Part shown: piece by piece, positions 12,280 to 26,100 of the stretch
How positions within the stretch are numbered: the stretch's first letter is position 1
Layout: every line of letters starts with the position of its first letter
Assembly: GCA_964057225.1 (NCBI GenBank)
Contig: OZ059896.1
Location: 20,832,001 to 20,896,000, forward strand
Length of the DNA stretch: 64,000 bases
Source: Auanema rhodensis
Taxonomy: Eukaryota; Animalia; Nematoda
Direction of reading: 5' to 3'
The notes under the pieces: model-generated
Seen by the model: only the letters and a program-made list of their open reading frames with translations
Databases searched by the model: none
Told to the model about the DNA's origin: nothing
Program-made: the position numbers and the translations under genes

Positions 12280-15200
12280 GCAAAAAGTAGATGTTTTTAG
12301 ATTCCTTTTTTCAAGGCAAAGACGATGGACAATGTTATTCAACGAAAAAATTAATTCTTCAGGGTGAAAATCGAGGATATAAGTGTGAACTTATATCAGT
12401 TGATATCTCGGTGCATTTTTAAGCTAGCGCAAATCTGATAACACAGATCGACGCAGCTTAAAAATCTGCATCGAATGCACTATACTACATCAAGAAACGC
12501 TTGATACAAAAATTAGTTATGATCGTTTGAAAAATGATGCATTAGTGTATGTTGAGTTTCCATGTACACTCAACATTGCTTCCAAAAACATTTTGACAAA
12601 AATTTTTTCGAAAAATTTCAAAATAATTTAGCAAAAAGTAGATGTTTTTAGATTTCATTTTTCAAGGCAAAGACGATAGACAATGTTATTCAACGAAAAA
12701 ATTAATTCTTCAGGGTGAAAATCGAGGATATAAGTGTGAACTTATATCAGTTGATATCTCGGTGCATTTTTAAGCTAGCGCAAATCTGATAACACAGATC
12801 GACGCAGCTTAAAAATCCGCATCGAATGCACTATGCTACATTGAGAAACGCTTAATACACAAATTAGTTATGATCGTTTGAAAAATGATGCATTAGTGTA
12901 TGTTGAGTTTCCATGTACACTCAACATTGCTTCCAAAAACAGTTTGACAAAAATTTTTTCGAAAAATTTCAAAATAATTTAGCGAAAAGTAGATGTTTTT
13001 AGATTTCTTTTTTCAAGGCAAAGACGATGGACAATGTTATTCAACGAAAAAATTAATTCTTCAGGGTGAAAATCGAGGATATAAGTGTGAACTTATATCA
13101 GTTGATATCTCGGTGCATTTTTAAGCTAGCGCAAATCTGATAACACAGATCGACGCAGCTTAAAAATCCGCATCGAATGCACTATACTACATCAAGAAAC
13201 GCTTGATACAAAAATTAGTTATGATCGTTTGAAAAATGATGCATTAGTGTATGTTGAGTTTCCATGTACACTCAACATTGCTTCCAAAAACATTTTGACA
13301 AAAATTTTTTCGAAAAATTTCGAAATAATTTAGCAAAAAGTAGATGTTTTTAGATTCCATTTTTCAAGGCAAAGACGATAGACAATGTTATTCAACGAAA
13401 AAATTAATTCTTCAGGGTGAAAATCGAGGATATATGTGTGAACTTATATCAGTTGATATCTCGGTGCATTTTTAAGCTAGCGCAAATCTGATAACACAGA
13501 TCGACGCAGCTTAAAAATCCACATCGAATGCACTATACTACATTGAGAAACGCTTGATACAAAAATTAGTTATGATCGTTTGAAAAATGATGCATTAGTG
13601 TATGTTGAGTTTCCATGTACACTCAACATTGCTTCCAAAAACATTTTGACAAAAATTTTTTCGAAAAATTTCAAAATAATTTAGCAAAAAGTAGATGTTT
13701 TTAGATTCCTTTTTTCAAGGCAAAGACGATGGACAATGTTATTCAACGAAAAAATTAATTCTTCAGGGTGAAAATCGAGGATATAAGTGTGAACTTATAT
13801 CAGTTGATATCTCGGTGCATTTTTAAGCTAGCGCAAATCTGATAACACAGATCGACGCAGCTTAAAAATCTGCATCGAATGCACTATACTACATCAAGAA
13901 ACGCTTGATACAAAAATTAGTTATGATCGTTTGAAAAATGATGCATTAGTGTATGTTGAGTTTCCATGTACACTCAACATTGCTTCCAAAAACATTTTGA
14001 CAAAAATTTTTTCGAAAAATTTCAAAATAATTTAGCAAAAAGTAGATGTTTTTAGATTTCATTTTTCAAGGCAAAGACGATAGACAATGTTATTCAACGA
14101 AAAAATTAATTCTTCAGGGTGAAAATCGAGGATATAAGTGTGAACTTATATCAGTTGATATCTCGGTGCATTTTTAAGCTAGCGCAAATCTGATAACACA
14201 GATCGACGCAGCTTAAAAATCCGCATCGAATGCACTATGCTACATTGAGAAACGCTTAATACACAAATTAGTTATGATCGTTTGAAAAATGATGCATTAG
14301 TGTATGTTGAGTTTCCATGTACACTCAACATTGCTTCCAAAAACAGTTTGACAAAAATTTTTTCGAAAAATTTCAAAATAATTTAGCGAAAAGTAGATGT
14401 TTTTAGATTTCTTTTTTCAAGGCAAAGACGATGGACAATGTTATTCAACGAAAAAATTAATTCTTCAGGGTGAAAATCGAGGATATAAGTGTGAACTTAT
14501 ATCAGTTGATATCTCGGTGCATTTTTAAGCTAGCGCAAATCTGATAACACAGATCGACGCAGCTTAAAAATCCGCATCGAATGCACTATACTACATCAAG
14601 AAACGCTTGATACAAAAATTAGTTATGATCGTTTGAAAAATGATGCATTAGTGTATGTTGAGTTTCCATGTACACTCAACATTGCTTCCAAAAACATTTT
14701 GACAAAAATTTTTTCGAAAAATTTCAAAATAATTTAGCAAGAAGTAGATGTTTTTAGATTTCTTTTTTCAAGGCAAAGACGATGGACAATGTTATTCAAC
14801 GAAAAAATTAATTCTTCAGGGTGAAAATCGAGGATATAAGTGTGAACTTATATCAGTTGATATCTCGGTGCATTTTTAAGCTAGCGCAAATCTGATAACA
14901 CAGATCGACGCAGCTTAAAAATCCGCATCGAATGCACTATACTACATTGAGAAACGCTTGATACAAAAATTAGTTATGATCGTTTGAAAAATGATGCATT
15001 AGTGTATGTTGAGTTTCCATGTACACTCAACATTGCTTCCAAAAACATTTTGACAAAAATTTTTTCGAAAAATTTCAAAATAATTTAGCAAAAAGTAGAT
15101 GTTTTTAGATTCCTTTTTTCAAGGCAAAGACGATGGACAATGTTATTCAACGAAAAAATTAATTCTTCAGGGTGAAAATCGAGGATATAAGTGTGAACTT

Positions 15201-16491
15201 ATATCAGTTGATATCTCGGTGCATTTTTAAGCTAGCGCAAATCTGATAACACAGATCGACGCAGCTTAAAAATCTGCATCGAATGCACTATACTACATCA
15301 AGAAACGCTTGATACAAAAATTAGTTATGATCGTTTGAAAAATGATGCATTAGTGTATGTTGAGTTTCCATGTACACTCAACATTGCTTCCAAAAACATT
15401 TTGACAAAAATTTTTTCGAAAAATTTCAAAATAATTTAGCAAAAAGTAGATGTTTTTAGATTTCATTTTTCAAGGCAAAGACGATAGACAATGTTATTCA
15501 ACGAAAAAATTAATTCTTCAGGGTGAAAATCGAGGATATAAGTGTGAACTTATATCAGTTGATATCTCGGTGCATTTTTAAGCTAGCGCAAATCTGATAA
15601 CACAGATCGACGCAGCTTAAAAATCCGCATCGAATGCACTATGCTACATTGAGAAACGCTTAATACACAAATTAGTTATGATCGTTTGAAAAATGATGCA
15701 TTAGTGTATGTTGAGTTTCCATGTACACTCAACATTGCTTCCAAAAACAGTTTGACAAAAATTTTTTCGAAAAATTTCAAAATAATTTAGCGAAAAGTAG
15801 ATGTTTTTAGATTTCTTTTTTCAAGGCAAAGACGATGGACAATGTTATTCAACGAAAAAATTAATTCTTCAGGGTGAAAATCGAGGATATAAGTGTGAAC
15901 TTATATCAGTTGATATCTCGGTGCATTTTTAAGCTAGCGCAAATCTGATAACACAGATCGACGCAGCTTAAAAATCCGCATCGAATGCACTATACTACAT
16001 CAAGAAACGCTTGATACAAAAATTAGTTATGATCGTTTGAAAAATGATGCATTAGTGTATGTTGAGTTTCCATGTACACTCAACATTGCTTCCAAAAACA
16101 TTTTGACAAAAATTTTTTCGAGAAATTTCAAAATAATTTAGCAAGAAGTAGATGTTTTTAGATTTCTTTTTTCAAGGCAAAGACGATGGACAATGTTATT
16201 CAACGAAAAAATTAATTCTTCAGGGTGAAAATCGAGGATATAAGTGTGAACTTATATCAGTTGATATCTCGGTGCATTTTTAAGCTAGCGCAAATCTGAT
16301 AACACAGATCGACGCAGCTTAAAAATCCGCATCGAATGCACTATACTACATTGAGAAACGCTTGATACAAAAATTAGTTATGATCGTTTGAAAAATGATG
16401 CATTAGTGTATGTTGAGTTTCCATGTACACTCAACATTGCTTCCAAAAACATTTTGACAAAAATTTTTTCGAAAAATTTCAGAATAATTTA
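12280..16491 (+). repeat. Local 4-mer higher-order repeat, 3 copies (period 1404 bp); fourth monomer differs in copy 1
   Basis: The A205G marker (CTATGCTAC) sits at 12835, 14239 and 15643. The A3G marker is in M38/42/46, and the C188T + TG>CA monomer is M36/40/44. Confidence 0.88.
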
Positions 16492-19400
16492 GCAAAAAGT
16501 AGATGTTTTTAGATTCCATTTTTCAAGGCAAAGACGATAGACAATGTTATTCAACGAAAAAATTAATTCTTCAGGGTGAAAATCGAGGATATAAGTGTGA
16601 ACTTATATCAGTTGATATCTCGGTGCATTTTCAAGCTAGCGCAAATCTGATAACACAGATCGACGCAGCTCAAAAATCCGCATCGAATGCACTATACTAC
16701 ATTGAGAAACGCTTGATACAAAAATTAGTTATGATCGTTTGAAAAATGATGCATTAGTGTATGTTGAGTTTCCATGTACACTCAACATTGCTTCCAAAAA
16801 CATTTTGACAAAAATTTTTTCGAAAAATTTCAAAATAATTTAGCAAAAAGTAGATGTTTTTAGATTTCTTTTTTCAAGGCAAAGACGATGGACAATGTTA
16901 TTCAACGAAAAAATTAATTCTTCAGGGTGAAAATCGAGGATATAAGTGTGAACTTATATCAGTTGATATCTCGGTGCATTTCTAAGCTAGCGCAAATCTG
17001 ATAACACAGATCGACGCAGCTTAAAAATCCGCATCGAATGCACTATACTACATTGAGAAACGCTTGATACAAAAATTAGTTATGATCGTTTGAAAAATGA
17101 TGCATTAGTGTATGTTGAGTTTCCATGTACACTCAACATTGCTTCCAAAAACATTTTGACAAAAATTTTTTCGAAAAATTTCAAAATAATTTAGCAAAAA
17201 GTAGATGTTTTTAGATTCCATTTTTCAAGGCAAAGACGATAGACAATGTTATTCAACGAAAAAATTAATTCTTCAGGGTGAAAATCGAGGACATAAGTGT
17301 GAACTTATATCAGTTGACATCTCGGTGCATTTTTAAGCTAGCGCAAATCTGATAACACAGATCGACGCAGCTTAAAAATCCGCATCGAATGCACTATACT
17401 ACATTGAGAAACGCTTGATACAAAAATTAGTTATGATCGTTTGAAAAATGATGCATTAGTGTATGTTGAGTTTCCATGTACACTCAACATTGCTTCCAAA
17501 AACATTTTGACAAAAATTTTTTCGAAAAATTTCAAAATAATTTAGCAAAAAGTAGATGTTTTTAGATTCCATTTTTCAAGGCAAAGACGATAGACAATGT
17601 TATTCAACGAAAAAATTAATTCTTCAGGGTGAAAATCGAGGATATAAGTGTGAACTTATATCAGTTGATATCTCGGTGCATTTTCAAGCTAGCGCAAATC
17701 TGATAACACAGATCGACGCAGCTTAAAAATCCGCATCGAATGCACTATACTACATTGAGAAACGCTTGATACAAAAATTAGTTATGATCGTTTGAAAAAT
17801 GATGCATTAGTGTATGTTGAGTTTCCATGTACACTCAACATTGCTTCCAAAAACATTTTGACAAAAATTTTTTCGAAAAATTTCAAAATAATTTAGCAAA
17901 AAGTAGATGTTTTTAGATTCCATTTTTCAAGGCGAAGACGATAGACAATGTTATTCAACGAAAAAATTAATTCTTCAGGGTGAAAATCGAGGATATAAGT
18001 GTGAACTTATATCAGTTGATATCTCGGTGCATTTTTAAGCTAGCGCAAATCTGATAACACAGATCGACGCAGCTTAAAAATCCGCATCGAATGCACTATA
18101 CTACATTGAGAAACGCTTAATACACAAATTAGTTATGATCGTTTGAAAAATGATGCATTAGTGTATGTTGAGTTTCCATGTACACTCAACATTGCTTCCA
18201 AAAACAGTTTGACAAAAATTTTTTCGAAAAATTTCAAAATAATTTAGCAAAAAGTAGATGTTTTTAGATTTCTTTTTTCAAGGCAAAGACGATGGACAAT
18301 GTTATTCAACGAAAAAATTAATTCTTCAGGGTGAAAATCGAGGATATAAGTGTGAACTTATATCAGTTGATATCTCGGTGCATTTTTAAGCTAGCGCAAA
18401 TCTGATAACACAGATCGACGCAGCTTAAAAATCCGCATCGAATGCACTATACTACATTGAGAAACGCTTGATACAAAAATTAGTTATGATCGTTTGAAAA
18501 ATGATGCATTAGTGTATGTTGAGTTTCCATGTACACTCAACATTGCTTCCAAAAACATTTTGACAAAAATTTTTTCGAAAAATTTCAAAATAATTTAGCA
18601 AAAAGTAGATGTTTTTAGATTCCATTTTTCAAGGCAAAGACGATAGACAATGTTATTCAACGAAAAAATTAATTCTTCAGGGTGAAAACCGAGGATATAT
18701 GTGTGAACTTATATCAGTTGATATCTCGGTGCATTTTTAAGCTAGCGCAAATCTGATAACACAGATCGACGCAGCTTAAAAATCCACATCGAATGCACTA
18801 TACTACATTGAGAAACGCTTGATACAAAAATTAGTTATGATCGTTTGAAAAATGATGCATTAGTGTATGTTGAGTTTTCATGTACACTCAACATTGCTTC
18901 CAAAAACATTTTGACAAAAATTTTTTCGAAAAATTTCAAAATAATTTAGCAAAATGTAGATGTTTTTAGATTTCTTTTTTCAAGGCAAAGACGATGGACA
19001 ATGTTATTCAACGGAAAAATTAATTCTTCAGGGTGAAAATCGAGGATATAAGTGTGAACTTATATCAGTTGATATCTCGGTGCATTTTTAAGCTAGCGCA
19101 AATCTGATAACACAGATCGACGCAGCTTAAAAATCCACATCGAATGCACTATACTACATTGAGAAACGCTTGATACAAAAATTAGTTATGATCGTTTGAA
19201 AAATGATGCATTAGTGTATGTTGAGTTTCCATGTACACTCAACATTGCTTCCAAAAACAGTTTGACAAAAATTTTTTCGAAAAATTTCAAAATAATTTAG
19301 CAAAAAGTAGATGTTTTTAGATTCCATTTTTCAAGGCAAAGACGATAGACAATGTTATTCAACGAAAAAATTAATTCTTCAGGGTGAAAATCGAGGATAT

Positions 19401-20352
19401 AAGTGTGAACTTATATCAGTTGATATCTCGGTGCATTTTCAAGCTAGCGCAAATCTGATAACACAGATCGACGCAGCTTAAAAATCCGCATCGAATGCAC
19501 TATACTACATTGAGAAACGCTTGATACAAAAATTAGTTATGATCGTTTGAAAAATGATGCATTAGTGTATGTTGAGTTTCCATGTACACTCAACATTGCT
19601 TCCAAAAACATTTTGACAAAAATTTTTTCGAAAAATTTCAAAATAATTTAGCAAAAAGTAGATGTTTTTAGATTCCATTTTTCAAGGCAAAGACGATAGA
19701 CAATGTTATTCAACGAAAAAATTAATTCTTCAGGGTGAAAATCGAGGATATAAGTGTGAACTTATATCAGTTGATATCTCGGTGCATTTTTAAGCTAGCG
19801 CAAATCTGATAACACAGATCGACGCAGCTTAAAAATCCGCATCGAATGCACTATACTACATTGAGAAACGCTTAATACACAAATTAGTTATGATCGTTTG
19901 AAAAATGATGCATTAGTGTATGTTGAGTTTCCATGTACACTCAACATTGCTTCCAAAAACAGTTTGACAAAAATTTTTTCGAAAAATTTCAAAATAATTT
20001 AGCAAAAAGTAGATGTTTTTAGATTTCTTTTTTCAAGGCAAAGACGATGGACAATGTTATTCAACGAAAAAATTAATTCTTCAGGGTGAAAATCGAGGAT
20101 ATAAGTGTGAACTTATATCAGTTGATATCTCGGTGCATTTTTAAGCTAGCGCAAATCTGATAACACAGATCGACGCAGCTTAAAAATCCGCATCGAATGC
20201 ACTATACTACATCAAGAAACGCTTGATACAAAAATTAGTTATGATCGTTTGAAAAATGATGCATTAGTGTATGTTGAGTTTCCATGTACACTCAACATTG
20301 CTTCCAAAAACATTTTGACAAAAATTTTTTCGAAAAATTTCAAAATAATTTA

Positions 20353-22458
20353 GCAAGAAGTAGATGTTTTTAGATTTCTTTTTTCAAGGCAAAGACGATG
20401 GACAATGTTATTCAACGAAAAAATTAATTCTTCAGGGTGAAAATCGAGGATATAAGTGTGAACTTATATCAGTTGATATCTCGGTGCATTTTTAAGCTAG
20501 CGCAAATCTGATAACACAGATCGACGCAGCTTAAAAATCCACATCGAATGCACTATACTACATTGAGAAACGCTTGATACAAAAATTAGTTATGATCGTT
20601 TGAAAAATGATGCATTAGTGTATGTTGAGTTTCCATGTACACTCAACATTGCTTCCAAAAACATTTTGACAAAAATTTTTTCAAAAAATTTCAAAATAAT
20701 TTAGCAAGAAGTAGATGTTTTTAGATTTATTTTTTCAAGGCAAAGACGATGGACAATGTTATTCAACGAAAAAATTAATTCTTCAGGGTGAAAATCGAGG
20801 ATATAAGTGTGAACTTATATCAGTTGATATCTCGGTGCATTTTTAAGCTAGCGCAAATCTGATAACACAGATCGACGCAGCTTAAAAATCCGCATCGAAT
20901 GCACTATACTACATTGAGAAACGCTTGATACAAAAATTAGTTATGATCGTTTGAAAAATGATGCATTAGTGTATGTTGAGTTTCCATGTACACTCAACAT
21001 TGCTTCCAAAAACATTTTGACAAAAATTTTTTCGAAAAATTTCAAAATAATTTAGCAAAAAGTAGATGTTTTTAGATTTCATTTTTCAAGGCAAAGACGA
21101 TAGACAATGTTATTCAACGAAAAAATTAATTCTTCAGGGTGAAAATCGAGGATATATGTGTGAACTTATATCAGTTGATATCTCGGTGCATTTTTAAGCT
21201 AGCGCAAATCTGATAACACAGATCGACGCAGCTTAAAAATCCACATCGAATGCACTATACTACATTGAGAAACGCTTGATACAAAAATTAGTTATGATCG
21301 TTTGAAAAATGATGCATTAGTGTATGTTGAGTTTCCATGTACACTCAACATTGCTTCCAAAAACATTTTGACAAAAATTTTTTCGAAAAATTTCAGAATA
21401 ATTTAGCAAGAAGTAGATGTTTTTAGATTTCTTTTTTCAAGGCAAAGACGATGGACAATGTTATTCAACGAAAAAATTAATTCTTCAGGGTGAAAATCGA
21501 GGATATAAGTGTGAACTTATATCAGTTGATATCTCGGTGCATTTTTAAGCTAGCGCAAATCTGATAACACAGATCGACGCAGCTTAAAAATCCACATCGA
21601 ATGCACTATACTACATTGAGAAACGCTTGATACAAAAATTAGTTATGATCGTTTGAAAAATGATGCATTAGTGTATGTTGAGTTTCCATGTACACTCAAC
21701 ATTGCTTCCAAAAACATTTTGACAAAAATTTTTTCAAAAAATTTCAAAATAATTTAGCAAGAAGTAGATGTTTTTAGATTTATTTTTTCAAGGCAAAGAC
21801 GATGGACAATGTTATTCAACGAAAAAATTAATTCTTCAGGGTGAAAATCGAGGATATAAGTGTGAACTTATATCAGTTGATATCTCGGTGCATTTTTAAG
21901 CTAGCGCAAATCTGATAACACAGATCGACGCAGCTTAAAAATCCGCATCGAATGCACTATACTACATTGAGAAACGCTTGATACAAAAATTAGTTATGAT
22001 CGTTTGAAAAATGATGCATTAGTGTATGTTGAGTTTCCATGTACACTCAACATTGCTTCCAAAAACATTTTGACAAAAATTTTTTCGAAAAATTTCAAAA
22101 TAATTTAGCAAAAAGTAGATGTTTTTAGATTTCATTTTTCAAGGCAAAGACGATAGACAATGTTATTCAACGAAAAAATTAATTCTTCAGGGTGAAAATC
22201 GAGGATATATGTGTGAACTTATATCAGTTGATATCTCGGTGCATTTTTAAGCTAGCGCAAATCTGATAACACAGATCGACGCAGCTTAAAAATCCACATC
22301 GAATGCACTATACTACATTGAGAAACGCTTGATACAAAAATTAGTTATGATCGTTTGAAAAATGATGCATTAGTGTATGTTGAGTTTCCATGTACACTCA
22401 ACATTGCTTCCAAAAACATTTTGACAAAAATTTTTTCGAAAAATTTCAAAATAATTTA
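20353..22458 (+). repeat. Local 3-mer duplication (M59-61 ~ M62-64, period 1053 bp)
   Basis: The private GATTTATTTT variant is in M60 and M63; G331A is in M59 and M62. Confidence 0.88.
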
Positions 22459-23160
22459 GCAAAAAGTAGATGTTTTTAGATTCCTTTTTTCAAGGCAAAG
22501 ACGATGGACAATGTTATTCAGCGAAAAAATTAATTCTTCAGGGTGAAAATCGAGGATATAAGTGTGAACTTATATCAGTTGATATCTCGGTGCATTTTCA
22601 AGCTAGCGCAAATCTGATAACACAGATCGACGCAGCTTAAAAATCCGCATCGAATGCACTATACTACATTGAGAAACGCTTAATACAAAAATTAGTTATG
22701 ATCGTTTGAAAAATGATGCATTAGTGTATGTTGAGTTTCCATGTACACTCAACATTGCTTCCAAAAACATTTTGACAAAAATTTTTTCGAAAAATTTCAA
22801 AATAATTTAGCAAAAAGTAGATGTTTTTAGATTCCTTTTTTTAAGGCAAAGACGATGGACAAGGTTATTCAACGAAAAAATTAATTCTTCAGGACGAAAA
22901 TCGAGGATATAAGTGTGAACTTATATCAGTTGATATCTCGGTGCATTTTCAAGCTAGCGCAAATCTGATAACACAGATCGACGCAGCTTAAAAATCCACA
23001 TCGAATGCACTATACTACATTGAGAAACGCTTGATACAAAAATTAGTTATGATCGTTTGAAAAATGATGCATTAGTGTATGTTGAGTTTCCATGTACACT
23101 CAACATTGCTTCCAAAAACATTTTGACAAAAATTTTTTCGAAAAATTTCAAAATAATTTA

Positions 23161-26100
23161 GCAAAAAGTAGATATTTTTAGATTTCTTTTTTCAATGCAA
23201 AGACGATGGACAATGTTATTCAACGAAAAAATTAATTCTTCAGGGTGAAAATCGAGGATATAAGTGTGAACTCATATCAGTTGATATCTCGGTGCATTTT
23301 TAAGCTAGCGCAAATCTGATAACACAGATCGACGCAGCTTAAAAATCCGCATCGAATGCACTATACTACATTGAGAAACGCTTAATACACAAATTAGTTA
23401 TGATCGTTTGAAAAATGATGCATTAGTGTATGTTGAGTTTCCATGTACACTCAACATTGCTTCCAAAAACAGTTTGACAAAAATTTTTTCGAAAAATTTC
23501 AAAATAATTTAGCAAAAAGTAGATGTTTTTAGATTTCTTTTTTCAAGGCAAAGACGATGGACAATGTTATTCAACGAAAAAATTAATTCTTCAGGGTGAA
23601 AATCGAGGATATAAGTGTGAACTTATATCAGTTGATATCTCGGTGCATTTTTAAGCTAGCGCAAATCTGATAACACAGATCGACGCAGCTTAAAAATCCG
23701 CATCGAATGCACTATACTACATTGAGAAACGCTTAATACACAAATTAGTTATGATCGTTTGAAAAATGATGCATTAGTGTATGTTGAGTTTCCATGTACA
23801 CTCAACATTGCTTCCAAAAACAGTTTGACAAAAATTTTTTCGAAAAATTTCAAAATAATTTAGCAAAAAGTAGATGTTTTTAGATTTCTTTTTTCAAGGC
23901 AAAGACGATGGACAATGTTATTCAACGAAAAAATTAATTCTTCAGGGTGAAAATCGAGGATATAAGTGTGAACTTATATCAGTTGATATCTCGGTGCATT
24001 TTTAAGCTAGCGCAAATCTGATAACACAGATCGACGCAGCTTAAAAATCCGCATCGAATGCACTATACTACATCAAGAAACGCTTGATACAAAAATTAGT
24101 TATGATCGTTTGAAAAATGATGCATTAGTGTATGTTGAGTTTCCATGTACACTCAACATTGCTTCCAAAAACATTTTGACAAAAATTTTTTCGAAAAATT
24201 TCAAAATAATTTAGCAAGAAGTAGATGTTTTTAGATTTCTTTTTTCAAGGCAAAGACGATGGACAATGTTATTCAACGAAAAAATTAATTCTTCAGGGTG
24301 AAAATCGAGGATATAAGTGTGAACTTATATCAGTTGATATCTCGGTGCATTTTTAAGCTAGCGCAAATCTGATAACACAGATCGACGCAGCTTAAAAATC
24401 CACATCGAATGCACTATACTACATTGAGAAACGCTTGATACAAAAATTAGTTATGATCGTTTGAAAAATGATGCATTAGTGTATGTTGAGTTTCCATGTA
24501 CACTCAACATTGCTTCCAAAAACATTTTGACAAAAATTTTTTCAAAAAATTTCAAAATAATTTAGCAAGAAGTAGATGTTTTTAGATTTCTTTTTTCAAG
24601 GCAAAGACGATGGACAATGTTATTCAACGAAAAAATTAATTCTTCAGGGTGAAAATCGAGGATATAAGTGTGAACTTATATCAGTTGATATCTCGGTGCA
24701 TTTTTAAGCTAGCGCAAATCTGATAACACAGATCGACGCAGCTTAAAAATCCGCATCGAATGCACTATACTACATTGAGAAACGCTTGATACAAAAATTA
24801 GTTATGATCGTTTGAAAAATGATGCATTAGTGTATGTTGAGTTTCCATGTACACTCAACATTGCTTCCAAAAACATTTTGACAAAAATTTTTTCGAAAAA
24901 TTTCAAAATAATTTAGCAAAAAGTAGATGTTTTTAGATTTCATTTTTCAAGGCAAAAACGATAGACAATGTTATTCAACGAAAAAATTAATTCTTCAGGG
25001 TGAAAATCGAGGATATATGTGTGAACTTATATCAGTTGATATCTCGGTGCATTTTTAAGCTAGCGCAAATCTGATAACACAGATCGACGCAGCTTAAAAA
25101 TCCGCATCGAATGCACTATACTACATCAAGAAACGCTTGATACAAAAATTAGTTATGATCGTTTGAAAAATGATGCATTAGTGTATGTTGAGTTTCCATG
25201 TACACTCAACATTGCTTCCAAAAACAGTTTGACAAAAATTTTTTCGAAAAATTTCAAAATAATTTAGCAAAAAGTAGATGTTTTTAGATTCCATTTTTCA
25301 AGGCAAAGACGATAGACAATGTTATTCAACGAAAAAATTAATTCTTCAGGGTGAAAATCGAGGATATAAGTGTGAACTTATATCAGTTGATATCTCGGTG
25401 CATTTTTAAGCTAGCGCAAATCTGATAACACAGATCGACGCAGCTTAAGAATCCGCATCGAATGCACTATACTACATTGAGAAACGCTTAATACACAAAT
25501 TAGTTATGATCGTTTGAAAAATGATGCATTAGTGTATGTTGAGTTTCCATGTACACTCAACATTGCTTCCAAAAACAGTTTGACAAAAATTTTTTCGAAA
25601 AATTTCAAAATAATTTAGCAAAAAGTAGATGTTTTTAGATTTCTTTTTTCAAGGCAAAGACGATGGACAATGTTATTCAACGAAAAAATTAATTCTTCAG
25701 GGTGAAAATCGAGGATATAAGTGTGAACTTATATCAGTTGATATCTCGGTGCATTTTTAAGCTAGCGCAAATCTGATAACACAGATCGACGCAGCTTAAA
25801 AATCCGCATCGAATGCACTATACTACATTGAGAAACGCTTGATACAAAAATTAGTTATGATCGTTTGAAAAATGATGCATTAGTGTATGTTGAGTTTCCA
25901 TGTACACTCAACATTGCTTCCAAAAACATTTTGACAAAAATTTTTTCGAAAAATTTCAAAATAATTTAGCAAAAAGTAGATGTTTTTAGATTCCATTTTT
26001 CAAGGCAAAGACGATAGACAATGTTATTCAACGAAAAAATTAATTCTTCAGGGTGAAAATCGAGGATATATGTGTGAACTTATATCAGTTGATATCTCGG

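Noticed and set aside
16503-16742. 79-aa ORF (MFLDSIFQGK...)
   Set aside because: It lies inside monomer M48 and is open only because T>C changes at 16632 and 16671 remove two TAA stops. Every other complete copy keeps at least one stop, and the protein has no recognisable domain.
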